Positions 19,414-29,371 of a DNA stretch of 64,000 nucleotides are shown here, piece by piece. The DNA comes from an uncultured Verrucomicrobia subdivision 3 bacterium (GTDB lineage: Bacteria > Verrucomicrobiota > Verrucomicrobiia > Limisphaerales > UBA11358). How positions within the stretch are numbered: the stretch's first letter is position 1; every line of letters begins with the position of its first letter. Under the pieces are notes generated by a model. It saw only the letters and a list, made by a program, of their open reading frames with translations, did not search any database and was not told the DNA's origin. The position numbers and the translations under genes were made by a program. The stretch is taken from the NCBI GenBank assembly GCA_903835255.1, contig CAILMI010000033.1, forward strand, positions 13,431 to 77,430, written 5' to 3'.

Positions 19414-20247
19414 GTGGCATGTGCTAACAACACCCCCGTGTATTTGGAATACTACAGGCTGAGTCAGGCGCCGTTCGACATCACTCCGAACCCCCGCTTT
19501 CTGTTCCACAGCACCAAGCATCAGGAGGCGTTCAATCACCTGCTCTATGGCATCCGGGAGAGAAAGGGCTTTGTGCAGCTGACCGGCGAGGTGGGCGCGG
19601 GCAAGACGACGCTGTGCCGCGCCCTGCTGGAACAATTGGATGCGAGTTTTTCGACGGCCCTGATTTTGAATCCGGTCTTGAACCCGGACGAATTGATGAA
19701 GGCCATCGCGACTGAGTTCGGGCTGGAGGTGAAGGGGCGCGACCGGCTGGAAACGGTTTCGGCCATCGGGGAATTCCTCCTCCGGCAGATCGAGCTGGGC
19801 AAGGAGACCGTTCTCATTATTGACGAGGCGCAGAATTTGACGGAGGAACTGCTGGAGCAAGTCCGCCTGCTGTCGAATATCGAGACGGACAATCGCAAGC
19901 TGCTGCAGATTGTTTTGCTGGGCCAGCCGGAGCTGCGCGAGCGGCTGAACAGCCCCCGGCTGAAACAGCTGCGCCAGCGCATCACCGTGCGGTACCACCT
20001 GGCCCCCCTCACGCGCGGCGAGGTCTCCCAGTACATTCAGCACCGACTTCATATCTCGGGGGCCAAGGGCATTCCTTTTTTCACGGCGCCGGCCGTCTGG
20101 CGGGTTTTTCATTATAGCAAGGGCATCCCGCGCCTGGTTAATGCGGTCTGCGACAAGGCGCTGCTCGCCAGTTTCGTCGGGCGCAGCGAACGCATCACCT
20201 TCTCCATGGTGGGTCGCGCCATTTGCGAGCTGGAAGGAAATTTTTAA
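19414..20247 (+). CDS. ExeA/GspA/MshM-like AAA ATPase
   Basis: 'YRLSQAPFDITPNPRFLF', Walker A 'GEVGAGKTTL' and 'IIDEAQNL'. A GTG at 19438 would give the family-typical N-terminus M-YLEYY. Confidence 0.8.
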   Translation: MACANNTPVYLEYYRLSQAPFDITPNPRFLFHSTKHQEAFNHLLYGIRERKGFVQLTGEVGAGKTTLCRALLEQLDASFSTALILNPVLNPDELMKAIATEFGLEVKGRDRLETVSAIGEFLLRQIELGKETVLIIDEAQNLTEELLEQVRLLSNIETDNRKLLQIVLLGQPELRERLNSPRLKQLRQRITVRYHLAPLTRGEVSQYIQHRLHISGAKGIPFFTAPAVWRVFHYSKGIPRLVNAVCDKALLASFVGRSERITFSMVGRAICELEGNF

Positions 20248-20249
20248 GC

Positions 20250-20774
20250 ATGAGCCTCATCAACGACGCGCTGAAACGCGCCCAAGAAGCCCAGCGCCCC
20301 CATAGCCCGCCCCGCCTCGCCTCCCTGTCTTCCCCCCTCTCTCAGCCCCAGAAGGGCCCCTTCCCAAGCCGAACTCGGGCGGTGCTGCTCGTGCTCCTGA
20401 TGGCCGGGGGGCTCTTGTTAGCGGGGCTGTCCCTGCCCGGAATTTTTGCCAATAAAAAGACTGTCCTCCCACCCGTTCCCCCGCCGGCAACGCTGGTCGC
20501 CGCGCCGCCCGTCGCGGATGTCCCGTCTCCGCCCGCCACGCCCGTCGTCTCCGCCCCGCCGTTGGAAATTGCCGCGCCCGCTCCGGAGCCGCTGGCCCTG
20601 GCTGATTCCTTGCGACTGCAGGGGATCGTCTTTGATTCAGTGCAGCCGTGGGCGATTGTCAGCGGCAAGACGGTCTACATCGGTTCCCTGATCAAAGGCT
20701 GGCGCGTGACGGCGATCACGCGCGACTCTGTGACGGTTGGCAATAAGGATCGTTCGCTCCGGCTCGGGATGTAG
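20250..20774 (+). CDS. GspB-like protein (Pro-rich linker, single TM)
   Basis: ATG lies 3 nt after the exeA stop. It has an N-terminal 'MSLINDALKRAQ', one TM, and a C-terminal 'LRLQGIVFDSVQPWAIVSGKTVYIGSLIKGWRVTAITRDSVTV' resembling the T2SS-B domain. Confidence 0.55.
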   Translation: MSLINDALKRAQEAQRPHSPPRLASLSSPLSQPQKGPFPSRTRAVLLVLLMAGGLLLAGLSLPGIFANKKTVLPPVPPPATLVAAPPVADVPSPPATPVVSAPPLEIAAPAPEPLALADSLRLQGIVFDSVQPWAIVSGKTVYIGSLIKGWRVTAITRDSVTVGNKDRSLRLGM

Positions 20775-20799
20775 GAGTGATTTCCGTCCCCTGTAACCT

Positions 20800-21537
20800 A
20801 TGCAAATTTCTGGGCAAAAACTGGCTGGCTCCTCCCGCCTCGCGGCCTACTGCCGGGACCATCCGGCGGCGCCCCGGGTTGCACCCTTTGTGGTTTTTCT
20901 GGCGTTGACCGTCTGCCAAGGAAAATGCGGCGCGGCCTCGGTCTATTGGTTTTACCTCGCCAAAACAATCGTCGGAGCCTGGCTGGTGTGGGAGATGCGC
21001 CCCTTTGTACCCGAAATGCGCTGGGCGTTCAGCTGGGAAGCGGTCGCGGTGGGCGTCGGTGTCTTCGCGCTGTGGGTCGGCATCAGCGGTGAATGGACCA
21101 TGCAGGCGTCGCTCTGGGTCAAGTTGGGCGCCGCCCCGGCCCCGGACTCTGCCCCGGCCGTCTGGAACCCCTTCCACCAATTCGGAGAGAACTCCTCGCT
21201 GGCCTGGCTATTCGTCCTCACCCGGATCCTGGGTTCCACCTTTGTGGTGCCGCCTCTGGAGGAGGTGTTTTACCGCTCGTTTTTGTACCGCGCCATTGCC
21301 CGGCCGAATTTTATTTCCGTGCCGTTAAACCAGTTTTTACCGTGGCCGTTTTTAGGGACGGTGCTGGCCTTCGGTTTTTCGCATAACGAATGGCTGGCGG
21401 GGATTTTATGCGGGATGGCGTATCAATGGCTGGTGCTGCGCAAAAACCGGCTGGGGGATGCGATGACGGCGCACGCCCTCACGAATTTCCTACTGGGCGG
21501 ATGGATCGTGTGGCGCGGCGCCTGGCAATTCTGGTGA
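20800..21537 (+). CDS. CPBP family intramembrane glutamic endopeptidase (CAAX protease-related)
   Basis: Multi-TM protein with the motifs 'EEVFYRSF', 'FSHNEW' and 'HALTNF'. Confidence 0.7.
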   Translation: MQISGQKLAGSSRLAAYCRDHPAAPRVAPFVVFLALTVCQGKCGAASVYWFYLAKTIVGAWLVWEMRPFVPEMRWAFSWEAVAVGVGVFALWVGISGEWTMQASLWVKLGAAPAPDSAPAVWNPFHQFGENSSLAWLFVLTRILGSTFVVPPLEEVFYRSFLYRAIARPNFISVPLNQFLPWPFLGTVLAFGFSHNEWLAGILCGMAYQWLVLRKNRLGDAMTAHALTNFLLGGWIVWRGAWQFW

Positions 21538-21544
21538 GGCGGCG

Positions 21545-23047
21545 CTAGCGGGTCTCGAGCTGGATGCTGTTGCGTTCGAGCGTGCTTCCCTCCGCGGCGG
21601 CGAGGGCAGCGAGGGCCTTGTTGTAATCGACCAGCGCGCGAATTTCCTGCAGGCGTGCGGCGGTGAGGTTGTTCTGGAGCTGGAGGACGGTAAAGGTGGT
21701 GCTTTTGCCGACAGTATATTTTTTCTGCTCGGCATCCAGTGCCGCCTCGGCATAGACGCGCGCCTGCCGGGTGGCCTGTACGCCCTCGTAATCCGAGCGG
21801 GCCACCCCCACGGCGTTGTCAATCTCCACCATTATACTTTGCTCAAGCTGCTTCAACTGGAGCAAGAGTTGCTTCAAGGAGCCCTTTCCCGCCTTGAGCT
21901 GATTGCGGGGACCAACGTTGCTCAGGGGCATGGAAAGCTGGGCGCCATAGGTGTAGAACGCACGGTTGGCCTCATTCATCTGGTTGAAAGTGTCGCCAAA
22001 CTGTCCGCCCGCGCCGTTGAACCCGTAGGACCCGATCAAATCCAAGGCCGGGAACACCTGGTTTTTTAAATATTTTAGCTGGATGCCCTGCAGTTCCACA
22101 TTCAGCCGCGCCTGCAACAGATCCGGGCGCTGGGTCATCCCCTGGTTCCAGCTGTCCTGCAGGTCGAACAATTGGAGCGGCGCCTGCAGCGCTGTCGAGG
22201 GCCGGATGTCGGCCGCATACCATTTTGAATACTCGTCGGTGATCAGATTCTTCAAGACCCGATCCGCCGTGCCCAGGGCGCTCAGGGCGGAAATCAACGT
22301 CGCTTGGTTTTTGGCGACCTGCGCCTCATCCTGCTGCACATCCAGAGGGGCAAGGCTGCCGATCTGAACGCGCTGGCGGTCCTGATCCAGCTGCGTCTGC
22401 GCCAGGTCCAGCGCCTCCTGCTGCACCTTCACATTGTCCTGCGCGAAGATCAGCTCGTAATACGCATTTTCCACGGCCGTGATGCTGCTGATGATCTGTC
22501 CGCGCACGCCCTGCTCGGAATACTGGAGGCGGTTTTTATTGAGGCGGATGGTGAGCCGCGTCCCGTCGATCCAGAAGTTTTTCAGCAGCGGCTGGGTGAG
22601 GCCCAGCCCCGCCTGACCGGAGGAATTCTGGATGGGCAGGAACGTGCCGTTGGTCCAGGGATTGTTGCCGGCAGTGCTGGAGGCGCTGCCCCTTAAATCG
22701 TAGGTCATGCCCCACGGCGTCCCCCCGCTGAAGCCGGAGCTGTAAGTGTCCGAATTGTATTGCGAACCGGCAATGCGCTGACCGCTTTGGAATTCCGCGC
22801 CGGTGTTGTTGTACCGGTGCAGCCCGGAGAAGTTGAAGACCGGATCGTAGCCGGCGTAGGCGCTGTCCAGATTGAAGAGCGAGATCTGGGGATTGACCCG
22901 CTGAATCTGCACGTCGAGATTGTGCGCCAGCGCTTGCTGGATGCAGTCCGGCAAGGACATCTCGCGCGCCGCCGGAACTCCGTTTGTCTGAGCGCCCGCC
23001 CCCAGGGCGGCGGCCGACAGACACAAAAGAACGCCTAATTTTTTCAT
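21545..23047 (-). CDS. TolC family outer membrane protein
   Basis: Signal peptide 'MKKLGVLLCLSAAALGAGAQ' from ATG 23047. Two-fold repeated OEP-type coiled-coil/beta-barrel pattern. Confidence 0.8.
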   Translation of the reverse strand: MKKLGVLLCLSAAALGAGAQTNGVPAAREMSLPDCIQQALAHNLDVQIQRVNPQISLFNLDSAYAGYDPVFNFSGLHRYNNTGAEFQSGQRIAGSQYNSDTYSSGFSGGTPWGMTYDLRGSASSTAGNNPWTNGTFLPIQNSSGQAGLGLTQPLLKNFWIDGTRLTIRLNKNRLQYSEQGVRGQIISSITAVENAYYELIFAQDNVKVQQEALDLAQTQLDQDRQRVQIGSLAPLDVQQDEAQVAKNQATLISALSALGTADRVLKNLITDEYSKWYAADIRPSTALQAPLQLFDLQDSWNQGMTQRPDLLQARLNVELQGIQLKYLKNQVFPALDLIGSYGFNGAGGQFGDTFNQMNEANRAFYTYGAQLSMPLSNVGPRNQLKAGKGSLKQLLLQLKQLEQSIMVEIDNAVGVARSDYEGVQATRQARVYAEAALDAEQKKYTVGKSTTFTVLQLQNNLTAARLQEIRALVDYNKALAALAAAEGSTLERNSIQLETR

Positions 23048-23147
23048 GATAGTCCGTGAAAACACAGTGACCGGCGGTGAACGCCGCCGCCCCTGCACTT
23101 CGCGTCCCAATCCAGACGCTCTAGCCAGGTCCTAGGTAACCGCGAGG

Positions 23148-24470
23148 TCAGGCCGGCTTTGCTTCCGCCGCCGGCACATCCGTAATCACCGCGTTGTTTT
23201 CGAGGAACACCAGCACCTTCTCGTGCGCAATCTGGTCGTACAGCTCATTGATGCCATTGCGCTTCTGCAAGTCCTTGATGAACTTGTCCACGGGGATTTG
23301 ATACGCTGCCGCCATGGCTTGGACGCGCTGCAGCACCTCCTCCTGCGAAACTTGGACGCTCTCTTTTTCCGCGATGCGCCGGATCAAAAACGCAATCTTC
23401 ACGCGTTCCTTGGCACTGGTGGCAGCGGCATTGTAAATCTGGTCCTTTTCCTTCTCGATCAGGTCGCGACCCACGCCGCGCTTGGTGTTTTCCTGAACGA
23501 TGTTATAGACGACGTTCTTGGTCTCCTGGGCGACGGCGGATTCCGGCAGGTCGAAGCTGGCCTGGGCCAGCAAGGCGCTCAGGATCTGGCCGCGCACCGA
23601 CTTGGTTTGCGCATATTTCAGCTCGTTTTCAAGGTCCAGCTGCACGCCCGCCCGGAGTTTTTCCAGGTTTTCCGCCCCGAAATTCCGGGCCAGCGCGTCG
23701 TCCACCGGCGGCAACACTTTCGCCTTCACCTCGAGAATCTCCACGGCGTAGATGGCCTTTTTTCCGGCCAGCTCCTTGGTCACGAAGTCGGCAGGGAAAT
23801 CCACGTGAACCGTGCGCCGCTCGCTGGCGCCCGCGCCTACCAGCTGTTCGGCGAAGCCGGTGATGAAGGCGTTGGGGGTGATGTCCACCCAGAAGTTTTT
23901 CTGCTCCGTCAAACCCTTGGCCGACGGCGCCATCTCGGTGAGCGGCTTGCCCTCGGATGTGCTGGTGTAATTCACCACCGCGACATCGCCCAGCTGCAGC
24001 GGACGCGCCACAGTCTCGAATTGAGCATGCTGCTGCGCCAGCAGTTTCAGCGCACGCTCAACATCCTCTCCCGTCACGGACTTGATTTCGCGTTTCACCG
24101 CCAGCCCCTTGTATTCCGGCAGCGGAAAATCCGGCGCGGTCTCAATCGTGGCGGCAAACTGCAGGCTCTGTCCCCGCCCGAACTGAATCTCCTCGATGTC
24201 GGGATAGCTGATGGCGTTGATCTTCTTCTCCTCGAGCGCCTGTCGATAGGCATCTCCAATCAGCTTGCGCTTGGCTTCGCCCTGGATTTCGGCCTCATAT
24301 TTCTTGGCCACCAGGTCGCGCGGCGCCTTGCCGGGACGGAACCCGGGCAGAGACGCCTGTTTTTGATAGTCCCTCGTGATGGTGTCAAAGGTTTCGTCCA
24401 CGACCTTCGCGTCCAATTCCACCCGCAGCAATTTTCTGCAGGGCGCCAGATTTTCGACAGTAATATTCAC
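23148..24470 (-). CDS. tig: trigger factor
   Basis: 'NITVENLAPCRKLLRVELDAKVVDETF...LPGFRPGKAPRDLV'. A GTG at 24470 gives a normal-length protein of about 440 aa, so I discount the upstream 45 codons of the track ORF. Confidence 0.9.
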   Translation of the reverse strand: MNITVENLAPCRKLLRVELDAKVVDETFDTITRDYQKQASLPGFRPGKAPRDLVAKKYEAEIQGEAKRKLIGDAYRQALEEKKINAISYPDIEEIQFGRGQSLQFAATIETAPDFPLPEYKGLAVKREIKSVTGEDVERALKLLAQQHAQFETVARPLQLGDVAVVNYTSTSEGKPLTEMAPSAKGLTEQKNFWVDITPNAFITGFAEQLVGAGASERRTVHVDFPADFVTKELAGKKAIYAVEILEVKAKVLPPVDDALARNFGAENLEKLRAGVQLDLENELKYAQTKSVRGQILSALLAQASFDLPESAVAQETKNVVYNIVQENTKRGVGRDLIEKEKDQIYNAAATSAKERVKIAFLIRRIAEKESVQVSQEEVLQRVQAMAAAYQIPVDKFIKDLQKRNGINELYDQIAHEKVLVFLENNAVITDVPAAEAKPA

Positions 24471-24693
24471 AATAGTTCTCGTTGAGAGAGCCGTAAAGAG
24501 TAGCGGAACCCCGCCGATTTCGTCAACGGATTTGAACGGTTTTTTGAACGGTTTTTGGCGGGAACGATTGGCGAAATGGTTTACCCTCCGGCGCTCCATC
24601 CTCACCGCAGCCTCAAAGCTCGTCTTAGCCCTCGATGTAAAACAACCGGCGGGCCCGGTCCTAATCCGCCTCCAGTACGTAGACCCGTGCGGG

Positions 24694-24717
24694 AGGGCTC
24701 AGCCGGAACCCTGCAGT
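24694..24717 (+). repeat. Dispersed repeat family R2, partial copy
   Basis: 'AGGGCTCAGCCGGAACCCTGCAGT' compared with 6072-6096 'AGGGTCTCAGCCGGAACCCCGCAGT'. Confidence 0.7.
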
Positions 24718-24920
24718 CCGAATAAACCGCCAAGGTGCCAAGGACGCCAAGGGGTAAGACCTGAGCCGAGGTCATAGCGTCTTTGAAGGAAACCCGCTCA
24801 TAAAACGAACCCGACGCTATTCGTATGCTCCCTCCAATGGATCACCCCACCGCGAGGAAATCCTGCTGCAATGCCGCAGAATTGAGTTCCTAAGGAGTTC
24901 GCACAGTGATCGGTGTTGTG

Positions 24921-24968
24921 TTGAATTCGGCCGGCGTTACAACTCCACTCCATTTTGATCCGGCTCAG
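24921..24968 (-). repeat. Dispersed repeat family R2, copy 2 (inverted)
   Basis: The reverse complement 'CTGAGCCGGATCAAAATGGAGTGGAGTTGTAACGCCGGCCGAATTCAA' aligns with 6076-6121. Its 3' 25 nt differ from that copy at 1 position. Confidence 0.75.
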
Positions 24969-24985
24969 AGCCTGTCTGATAATGT

Positions 24986-25032
24986 GATGGCAGGCATTTC
25001 TGCCTGCCATCGAGGGCGGCCTCTGGCCGCCC
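24986..25032 (-). terminator. two tandem GC-rich hairpins downstream of the thioredoxin-domain gene (possible terminator or REP-like)
   Basis: GATGGCAGGCA-TTTC-TGCCTGCCATC has an 11-bp stem and GGGCGGCC-TCT-GGCCGCCC has an 8-bp stem. They lie 29-75 nt after the stop at 25061. There is no clear U-tract. Confidence 0.4.
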
Positions 25033-25060
25033 GATCCCGGATTCAGAGGGGCAGCAGGGT

Positions 25061-27145
25061 TCAGGGCTCGCTCAGCATGGCTTTCAGCTCTGCCGCCGAA
25101 CGCGTCGGAGGCCGGCAGACAGTGCCGGCGCACAGGTAGGCGGTCGCCCCCTCCGGCGCCGTCAAGGTCCGGGCAAACCCATCCACTGCGCCCGCTGTGC
25201 CCAGCACGATCTTATTTGGCTGATACACCGCATGCGCGGCGCGCAGCAGTCCGGCCGACTCGCCCGCTGTCCCAGCCAGGACGACCCGGCGCGGCTCTTC
25301 CAGCTGGAAATCCACCGCCTGCAATAAAAATGGCAGCGCCTGGGGGAACCGGTGAAGCCGGTCTGCAAAGAGCTCCAGCGTCTTCTCGGCGGCCGCCTTG
25401 AATTCCGCCCGCCCAGTGAGGGCGCCCAGTTTTAAGAGCGACAGTACGGCGACGGAATTGCCCGACGGTTCCGCACCGTCGTAATCGTCCTTCACGCGCA
25501 GGATTACATCCGCGCCGGCGGCGCTCTGCCAGAAGCCCCCGTTTTCAGCGTCGTAAAAGGTCGCCAGCATTGCCTCCGCCAGTTCGACGGCAAAATCCAA
25601 GTGCCCGAGTTCCAGGGTCGCCTCATAGAGTTCCAACACGCCGGAAAGCAGGAAGGCATAGGCTTCTAGCAATTGCACGGAGTCCCGTTCGCCGTCGCGC
25701 CAGCGGTGGAACAGGGTGCCGCCCTCCCGCCCTCCCGCCGGGGAGGGATTTCCGGCACCAACCCAGAGTTCTTTTCGCAGAAAGGAGAGATTTTTCTCAG
25801 CCGCCGCGCGATACCGGTCCTCGCTCAGCACGGCGGAGGCGCGAGCCAGAGCGCCCAGCATCAGGCCGTTCCAAGAGGCGAGGATCTTATCGTCGAGGTG
25901 CGGCCGGATACGTTCCGCCCGCGCTGAGACCATTTTCTGTCGGGCCGAGGCCAGCAGCGGCACATCCGGGGCGGGCACGTCCGGGTCTTCAAGGCTCAGC
26001 ACATTCAGTCCGGCCAGTGGCTGAGGATGGCTGTGGTCAACGAAGTTGCCGTCCAGCGTAATGCCGAAATGTTTCGCCGCCACGTTAAACTCCTCGGCGG
26101 TGAGCAGCCGGGAAAGTTCGGCATGGGTCCAGCAATAGAATTTCCCCTCCTGCCCTTCGCTGTCCGCGTCTTCGGCGGAGAAAAAACCCCCGCCCGCATG
26201 GGTCATGTCCCGCAACACATAATCCAGGATGTCGCGCACGGTATCGGCGTGGCACTGGGGCACACTCCGGTCCGCTCCAGACTGGCTGACCAGGTAGGCG
26301 TCGAGATAGAGCTGCGCCAGCTGGGCATTGTCATAGAGCATCTTCTCGAAATGCGGCACGAGCCAGACCTCATCCACGGCATAGCGCGCAAAGCCGCCGC
26401 CCAGCTGGTCGTGGATCCCCCCCGCCGCCATCGCCTCGCAGGTGTGGAGCACCATCGCCGCAGCCTCGGGATCGTCGAAGCGCTTCGCGTAGCGGAGCAG
26501 GAAGGCGGGGATGCTGGGCTGCGGAAATTTGGGGGCGCCGCCGAATCCGCCATGGCGCGCATCATAGCCCCCCTTGAACAGGGCCCCGGCGCGCCGCAGT
26601 GTCTCCCCGTCTGGGGCGGCCCCGGGGACCGGCGCTCCCATCAGGCCGGCTTCTAATCGGGCGAGCATTTCCGAGGCGGAGTCGACCAGTTCGCCGCGGC
26701 GTTCCCGCCAGAGCCGGCCGAGGTGCTCGAGCAGTTCCACAAACCCGGGTCGGTCGTGGCGCGCTTTCGGAGGAAAATAGGTGCCGCCAAAAAACGGCTT
26801 TAAATCCGGCGTGAGGAATACGCTCAGCGGCCAGCCGCCACTGCCGGTGGTGGACTGCACGAAGCTCATGTAGATTTTGTCCACATCAGGCCGCTCCTCG
26901 CGGTCCACCTTGATGCTGACAAACTGTTCGTTCAGGACCGCCGCCACCGCCGCTTGCTCGAACGATTCGCGTTCCATCACGTGGCACCAGTGGCAGGTGG
27001 AATAGCCGATGCTCAGGAAGATGGGCTTGTCCTCGGCGCGCGCCCGGGCGAACGCCTCCTCGTTCCAAGCGAACCAGTCCACGGGATTGTGCGCGTGCTG
27101 CAGCAGGTAGGGGGATTTTTCTCGGGCGAGCCGGTTGGTGTGCAT
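25061..27145 (-). CDS. thioredoxin domain-containing protein (DUF255/YyaL, SSP411-like)
   Basis: '[59 protein letters not shown]', followed by an (alpha/alpha)6-like region. Confidence 0.85.
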   Translation of the reverse strand: MHTNRLAREKSPYLLQHAHNPVDWFAWNEEAFARARAEDKPIFLSIGYSTCHWCHVMERESFEQAAVAAVLNEQFVSIKVDREERPDVDKIYMSFVQSTTGSGGWPLSVFLTPDLKPFFGGTYFPPKARHDRPGFVELLEHLGRLWRERRGELVDSASEMLARLEAGLMGAPVPGAAPDGETLRRAGALFKGGYDARHGGFGGAPKFPQPSIPAFLLRYAKRFDDPEAAAMVLHTCEAMAAGGIHDQLGGGFARYAVDEVWLVPHFEKMLYDNAQLAQLYLDAYLVSQSGADRSVPQCHADTVRDILDYVLRDMTHAGGGFFSAEDADSEGQEGKFYCWTHAELSRLLTAEEFNVAAKHFGITLDGNFVDHSHPQPLAGLNVLSLEDPDVPAPDVPLLASARQKMVSARAERIRPHLDDKILASWNGLMLGALARASAVLSEDRYRAAAEKNLSFLRKELWVGAGNPSPAGGREGGTLFHRWRDGERDSVQLLEAYAFLLSGVLELYEATLELGHLDFAVELAEAMLATFYDAENGGFWQSAAGADVILRVKDDYDGAEPSGNSVAVLSLLKLGALTGRAEFKAAAEKTLELFADRLHRFPQALPFLLQAVDFQLEEPRRVVLAGTAGESAGLLRAAHAVYQPNKIVLGTAGAVDGFARTLTAPEGATAYLCAGTVCRPPTRSAAELKAMLSEP

Positions 27146-27294
27146 GACGGAGGGAGGATATTCCGTCCGGGCGCTCCCGGCAACCTTACACCCGTCTTGG
27201 CTGAATTATCCGGGCCGCCCTTTTCCGGTTGTTTTACGGTTTGCCACCCCCGCCGTTTTCAGGGATAGTTCCCGCTCCGTTTTTACGGTCCATT

Positions 27295-28857
27295 ATGAAA
27301 CCCCAAGTCGAAATCTACGACACGACCCTGCGCGACGGTTCCCAGGGCGAAGGCATCAACTTCTCGGTCGCCGACAAACTCCGCATCGCCGACAAACTCG
27401 ATGCCTTCGGCGTGCATTACATCGAAGGCGGCTGGCCGGGGAGCAATCCGAAGGACATCGAGTTTTTCGCCCAGGCCAAGAAGAAGAAATTTCGGCACGC
27501 CCGGCTCGCCGCCTTCGGCTCCACCCGCAAGAAGAATACCCCCGTGGAACTCGACGACCAGGTGCGGCTCCTCCTTGAGGCGGAGACGCCCGTCGTCACC
27601 ATCTACGGCAAAACCTCCCTGCTGCACGTGAAGGAGGTCCTCCGCTGCACGCCGGATGAGAATATCGCGATGATCGCCGACACCGTCCGCCACCTGAAAG
27701 ACCACGGCAAATTCGTCATCTACGACGCCGAGCACGCGTTCGACGGCTACAAACTCAATGCCGGGTACGCGCTGGACACCTGGCGCGCCGCCGAAAAGGC
27801 GGGCGCCGACCTCGTGGTGCTGTGCGACACAAACGGCGGCTGCTTGCCGGACGAAATCGCCGCCATCACCCGGGCCGCCCTCGGCCAGCTGAACTGCAAG
27901 GTCGGCATCCACACCCACGACGACATCGGCCTGGGCGTGGCCAACGCCCTAGCGTCGCTGAACGCCGGCGCCGTGCATGTGCAGGGCACCATCAATGGCT
28001 ACGGCGAACGCACCGGCAATTGCAATCTGACCAGCGTCATCCCCTGCGTGGCCTTCAAGATGAAAAAAACCTGCGTGCCCCCGAAATCGCTCGCGAAGCT
28101 CAAAGAGCTCTCCCTGTTCGTGGACGAGGTTGCGAACCTGCGCCATAACTCGCGCCTGCCTTGGGTGGGGTCCGCCGCGTTTGCCCACAAGGGCGGCGCT
28201 CACGTCAACGCCGTCCAGAAGCTGGCCTCCAGCTACGAGCACGTGGACCCCTCGCTGGTCGGCAACGAACGGAACATCCTGATCAGCGACCTCTCCGGCC
28301 GCAGCAACATTGTTATCAAGGCCCAGGAACTCGGGTTCAAGGTCACCAACGACACTCCGGAACTTCGCCAGATCCTCGACTCGATCAAGCAGCGCGAGCA
28401 CGAAGGCTACGAATATGAGGCCGCCGAGGCTTCCATGGCGCTGATCATCCGCGGCATTCTCGACCACAACCCGGAGCTCATGTTCACCGTCGAGAAATAC
28501 CACGTCTCCATGCGGCGCGACGCCAAACAATCCCTCTGCGAAGCCACGGTGCGCGTGCGGGTTGGCAAAAAAATCCACGATGAGGTCGCGGAGGGCGACG
28601 GCCCGGTGAATGCCTTGGACTCGGCGTTGCGCGCCGCCTTGGCCAAGTCCTTCCCCAAACTCAGGAAGATCACGCTCACCGATTATAAGGTGCGCATTCT
28701 CGACGGCGTGGCCGGCACGGCGGCCAAGACCCGCGTGCTGATTGAATCCACCGACGGCCGCCGCGAATGGGGCACTGTGGGCGTGAGCGAGAATATCATC
28801 GAGGCCAGCCTGCAGGCGCTGGTGGACTCGATGGAGTATGCGTTGTTGAAGAAGTGA
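27295..28857 (+). CDS. cimA: citramalate synthase
   Basis: 'MKPQVEIYDTTLRDGSQGEGINFSVADKLRIADKLDAFGVHYIEGGWPGSNPKD'. About 520 aa with a LeuA-dimer-type C-terminal domain. Confidence 0.85.
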   Translation: MKPQVEIYDTTLRDGSQGEGINFSVADKLRIADKLDAFGVHYIEGGWPGSNPKDIEFFAQAKKKKFRHARLAAFGSTRKKNTPVELDDQVRLLLEAETPVVTIYGKTSLLHVKEVLRCTPDENIAMIADTVRHLKDHGKFVIYDAEHAFDGYKLNAGYALDTWRAAEKAGADLVVLCDTNGGCLPDEIAAITRAALGQLNCKVGIHTHDDIGLGVANALASLNAGAVHVQGTINGYGERTGNCNLTSVIPCVAFKMKKTCVPPKSLAKLKELSLFVDEVANLRHNSRLPWVGSAAFAHKGGAHVNAVQKLASSYEHVDPSLVGNERNILISDLSGRSNIVIKAQELGFKVTNDTPELRQILDSIKQREHEGYEYEAAEASMALIIRGILDHNPELMFTVEKYHVSMRRDAKQSLCEATVRVRVGKKIHDEVAEGDGPVNALDSALRAALAKSFPKLRKITLTDYKVRILDGVAGTAAKTRVLIESTDGRREWGTVGVSENIIEASLQALVDSMEYALLKK

Positions 28858-28887
28858 GACACCAATTAACACGAAGCACTACGAAAC

Positions 28888-28903
28888 GAGACACGAATTT
28901 CAC
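28888..28903. repeat. left inverted repeat flanking the GxxExxY cassette
   Basis: 'GAGACACGAATTTCAC' is the reverse complement of 'GTGAAATTCGTGTCTC'-like sequences at 29304 and 29352. Confidence 0.7.
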
Positions 28904-28909
28904 GAATTC

Positions 28910-29284
28910 ATGGGCGAGCTGATATACAAGGCGGAAGCGTTCAAGATCATCGGTTGCTGTATGGAAGTGCACCGCGAGTTGGGCAAAGGCCACAATGAAG
29001 TCATTTACAAAGATGCGCTGGAAATTGAATTCCAACGGCAGGGAATTCCTTTTAAACGTGAACCGGAATTCAAGTTAGCCTACAAAGGCGTGATCCTGCC
29101 GCACCACTATTTCGCTGACTTTGTGGTGATGGATAAAATTATTTTGGAAGCGAAAGCCATCGAGAGTTTGAATGACTCGCACGTCAAGCAGACGCTGAAT
29201 TATCTGGCCGCTTCAAAACTGAAACTCGGATTGCTGGTGAACTTCGGCGAAGATTCGCTGACTTACAACCGGGTTGTCTTGTGA
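28910..29284 (+). CDS. GxxExxY protein (PD-(D/E)XK-like)
   Basis: 'AFKIIGCCMEVHRELGKGHNEVIYKDALEIEFQRQGIPFKREPEFKLAYKG...DFVVMDKIILEAKA' contains the G..E..Y motif. The segment is visibly A/T-rich. Confidence 0.85.
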   Translation: MGELIYKAEAFKIIGCCMEVHRELGKGHNEVIYKDALEIEFQRQGIPFKREPEFKLAYKGVILPHHYFADFVVMDKIILEAKAIESLNDSHVKQTLNYLAASKLKLGLLVNFGEDSLTYNRVVL

Positions 29285-29303
29285 CCTTCAATTCGTGTTC
29301 ATG

Positions 29304-29371
29304 AGTGAAATTCGTGTCTATTTAAGTTGTTTGTCTGATTGGTGATAATTAGTGAAATTCGTGTCTATTTA
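29304..29371 (+). repeat. 20-nt direct repeat (2 copies) between the GxxExxY gene and valS
   Basis: 'GTGAAATTCGTGTCTATTTA' occurs at 29304-29323 and 29352-29371. The second copy ends at the A of the valS ATG. Confidence 0.85.

Noticed and set aside
23223-24485. 420-aa plus-strand ORF
   Set aside because: It is antisense to trigger factor, with a Leu/Arg/Gly-rich composition and no motifs.
24798-25139. ORFs of 111 aa (minus) and 77 aa (plus) in the tig-upstream gap
   Set aside because: They overlap each other and the hairpin and R2 repeat sequences, with no coding signal. The region is better explained as structured non-coding DNA.
27949-28872. 307-aa minus-strand ORF
   Set aside because: It is antisense to cimA and is a typical GC-rich shadow ORF.
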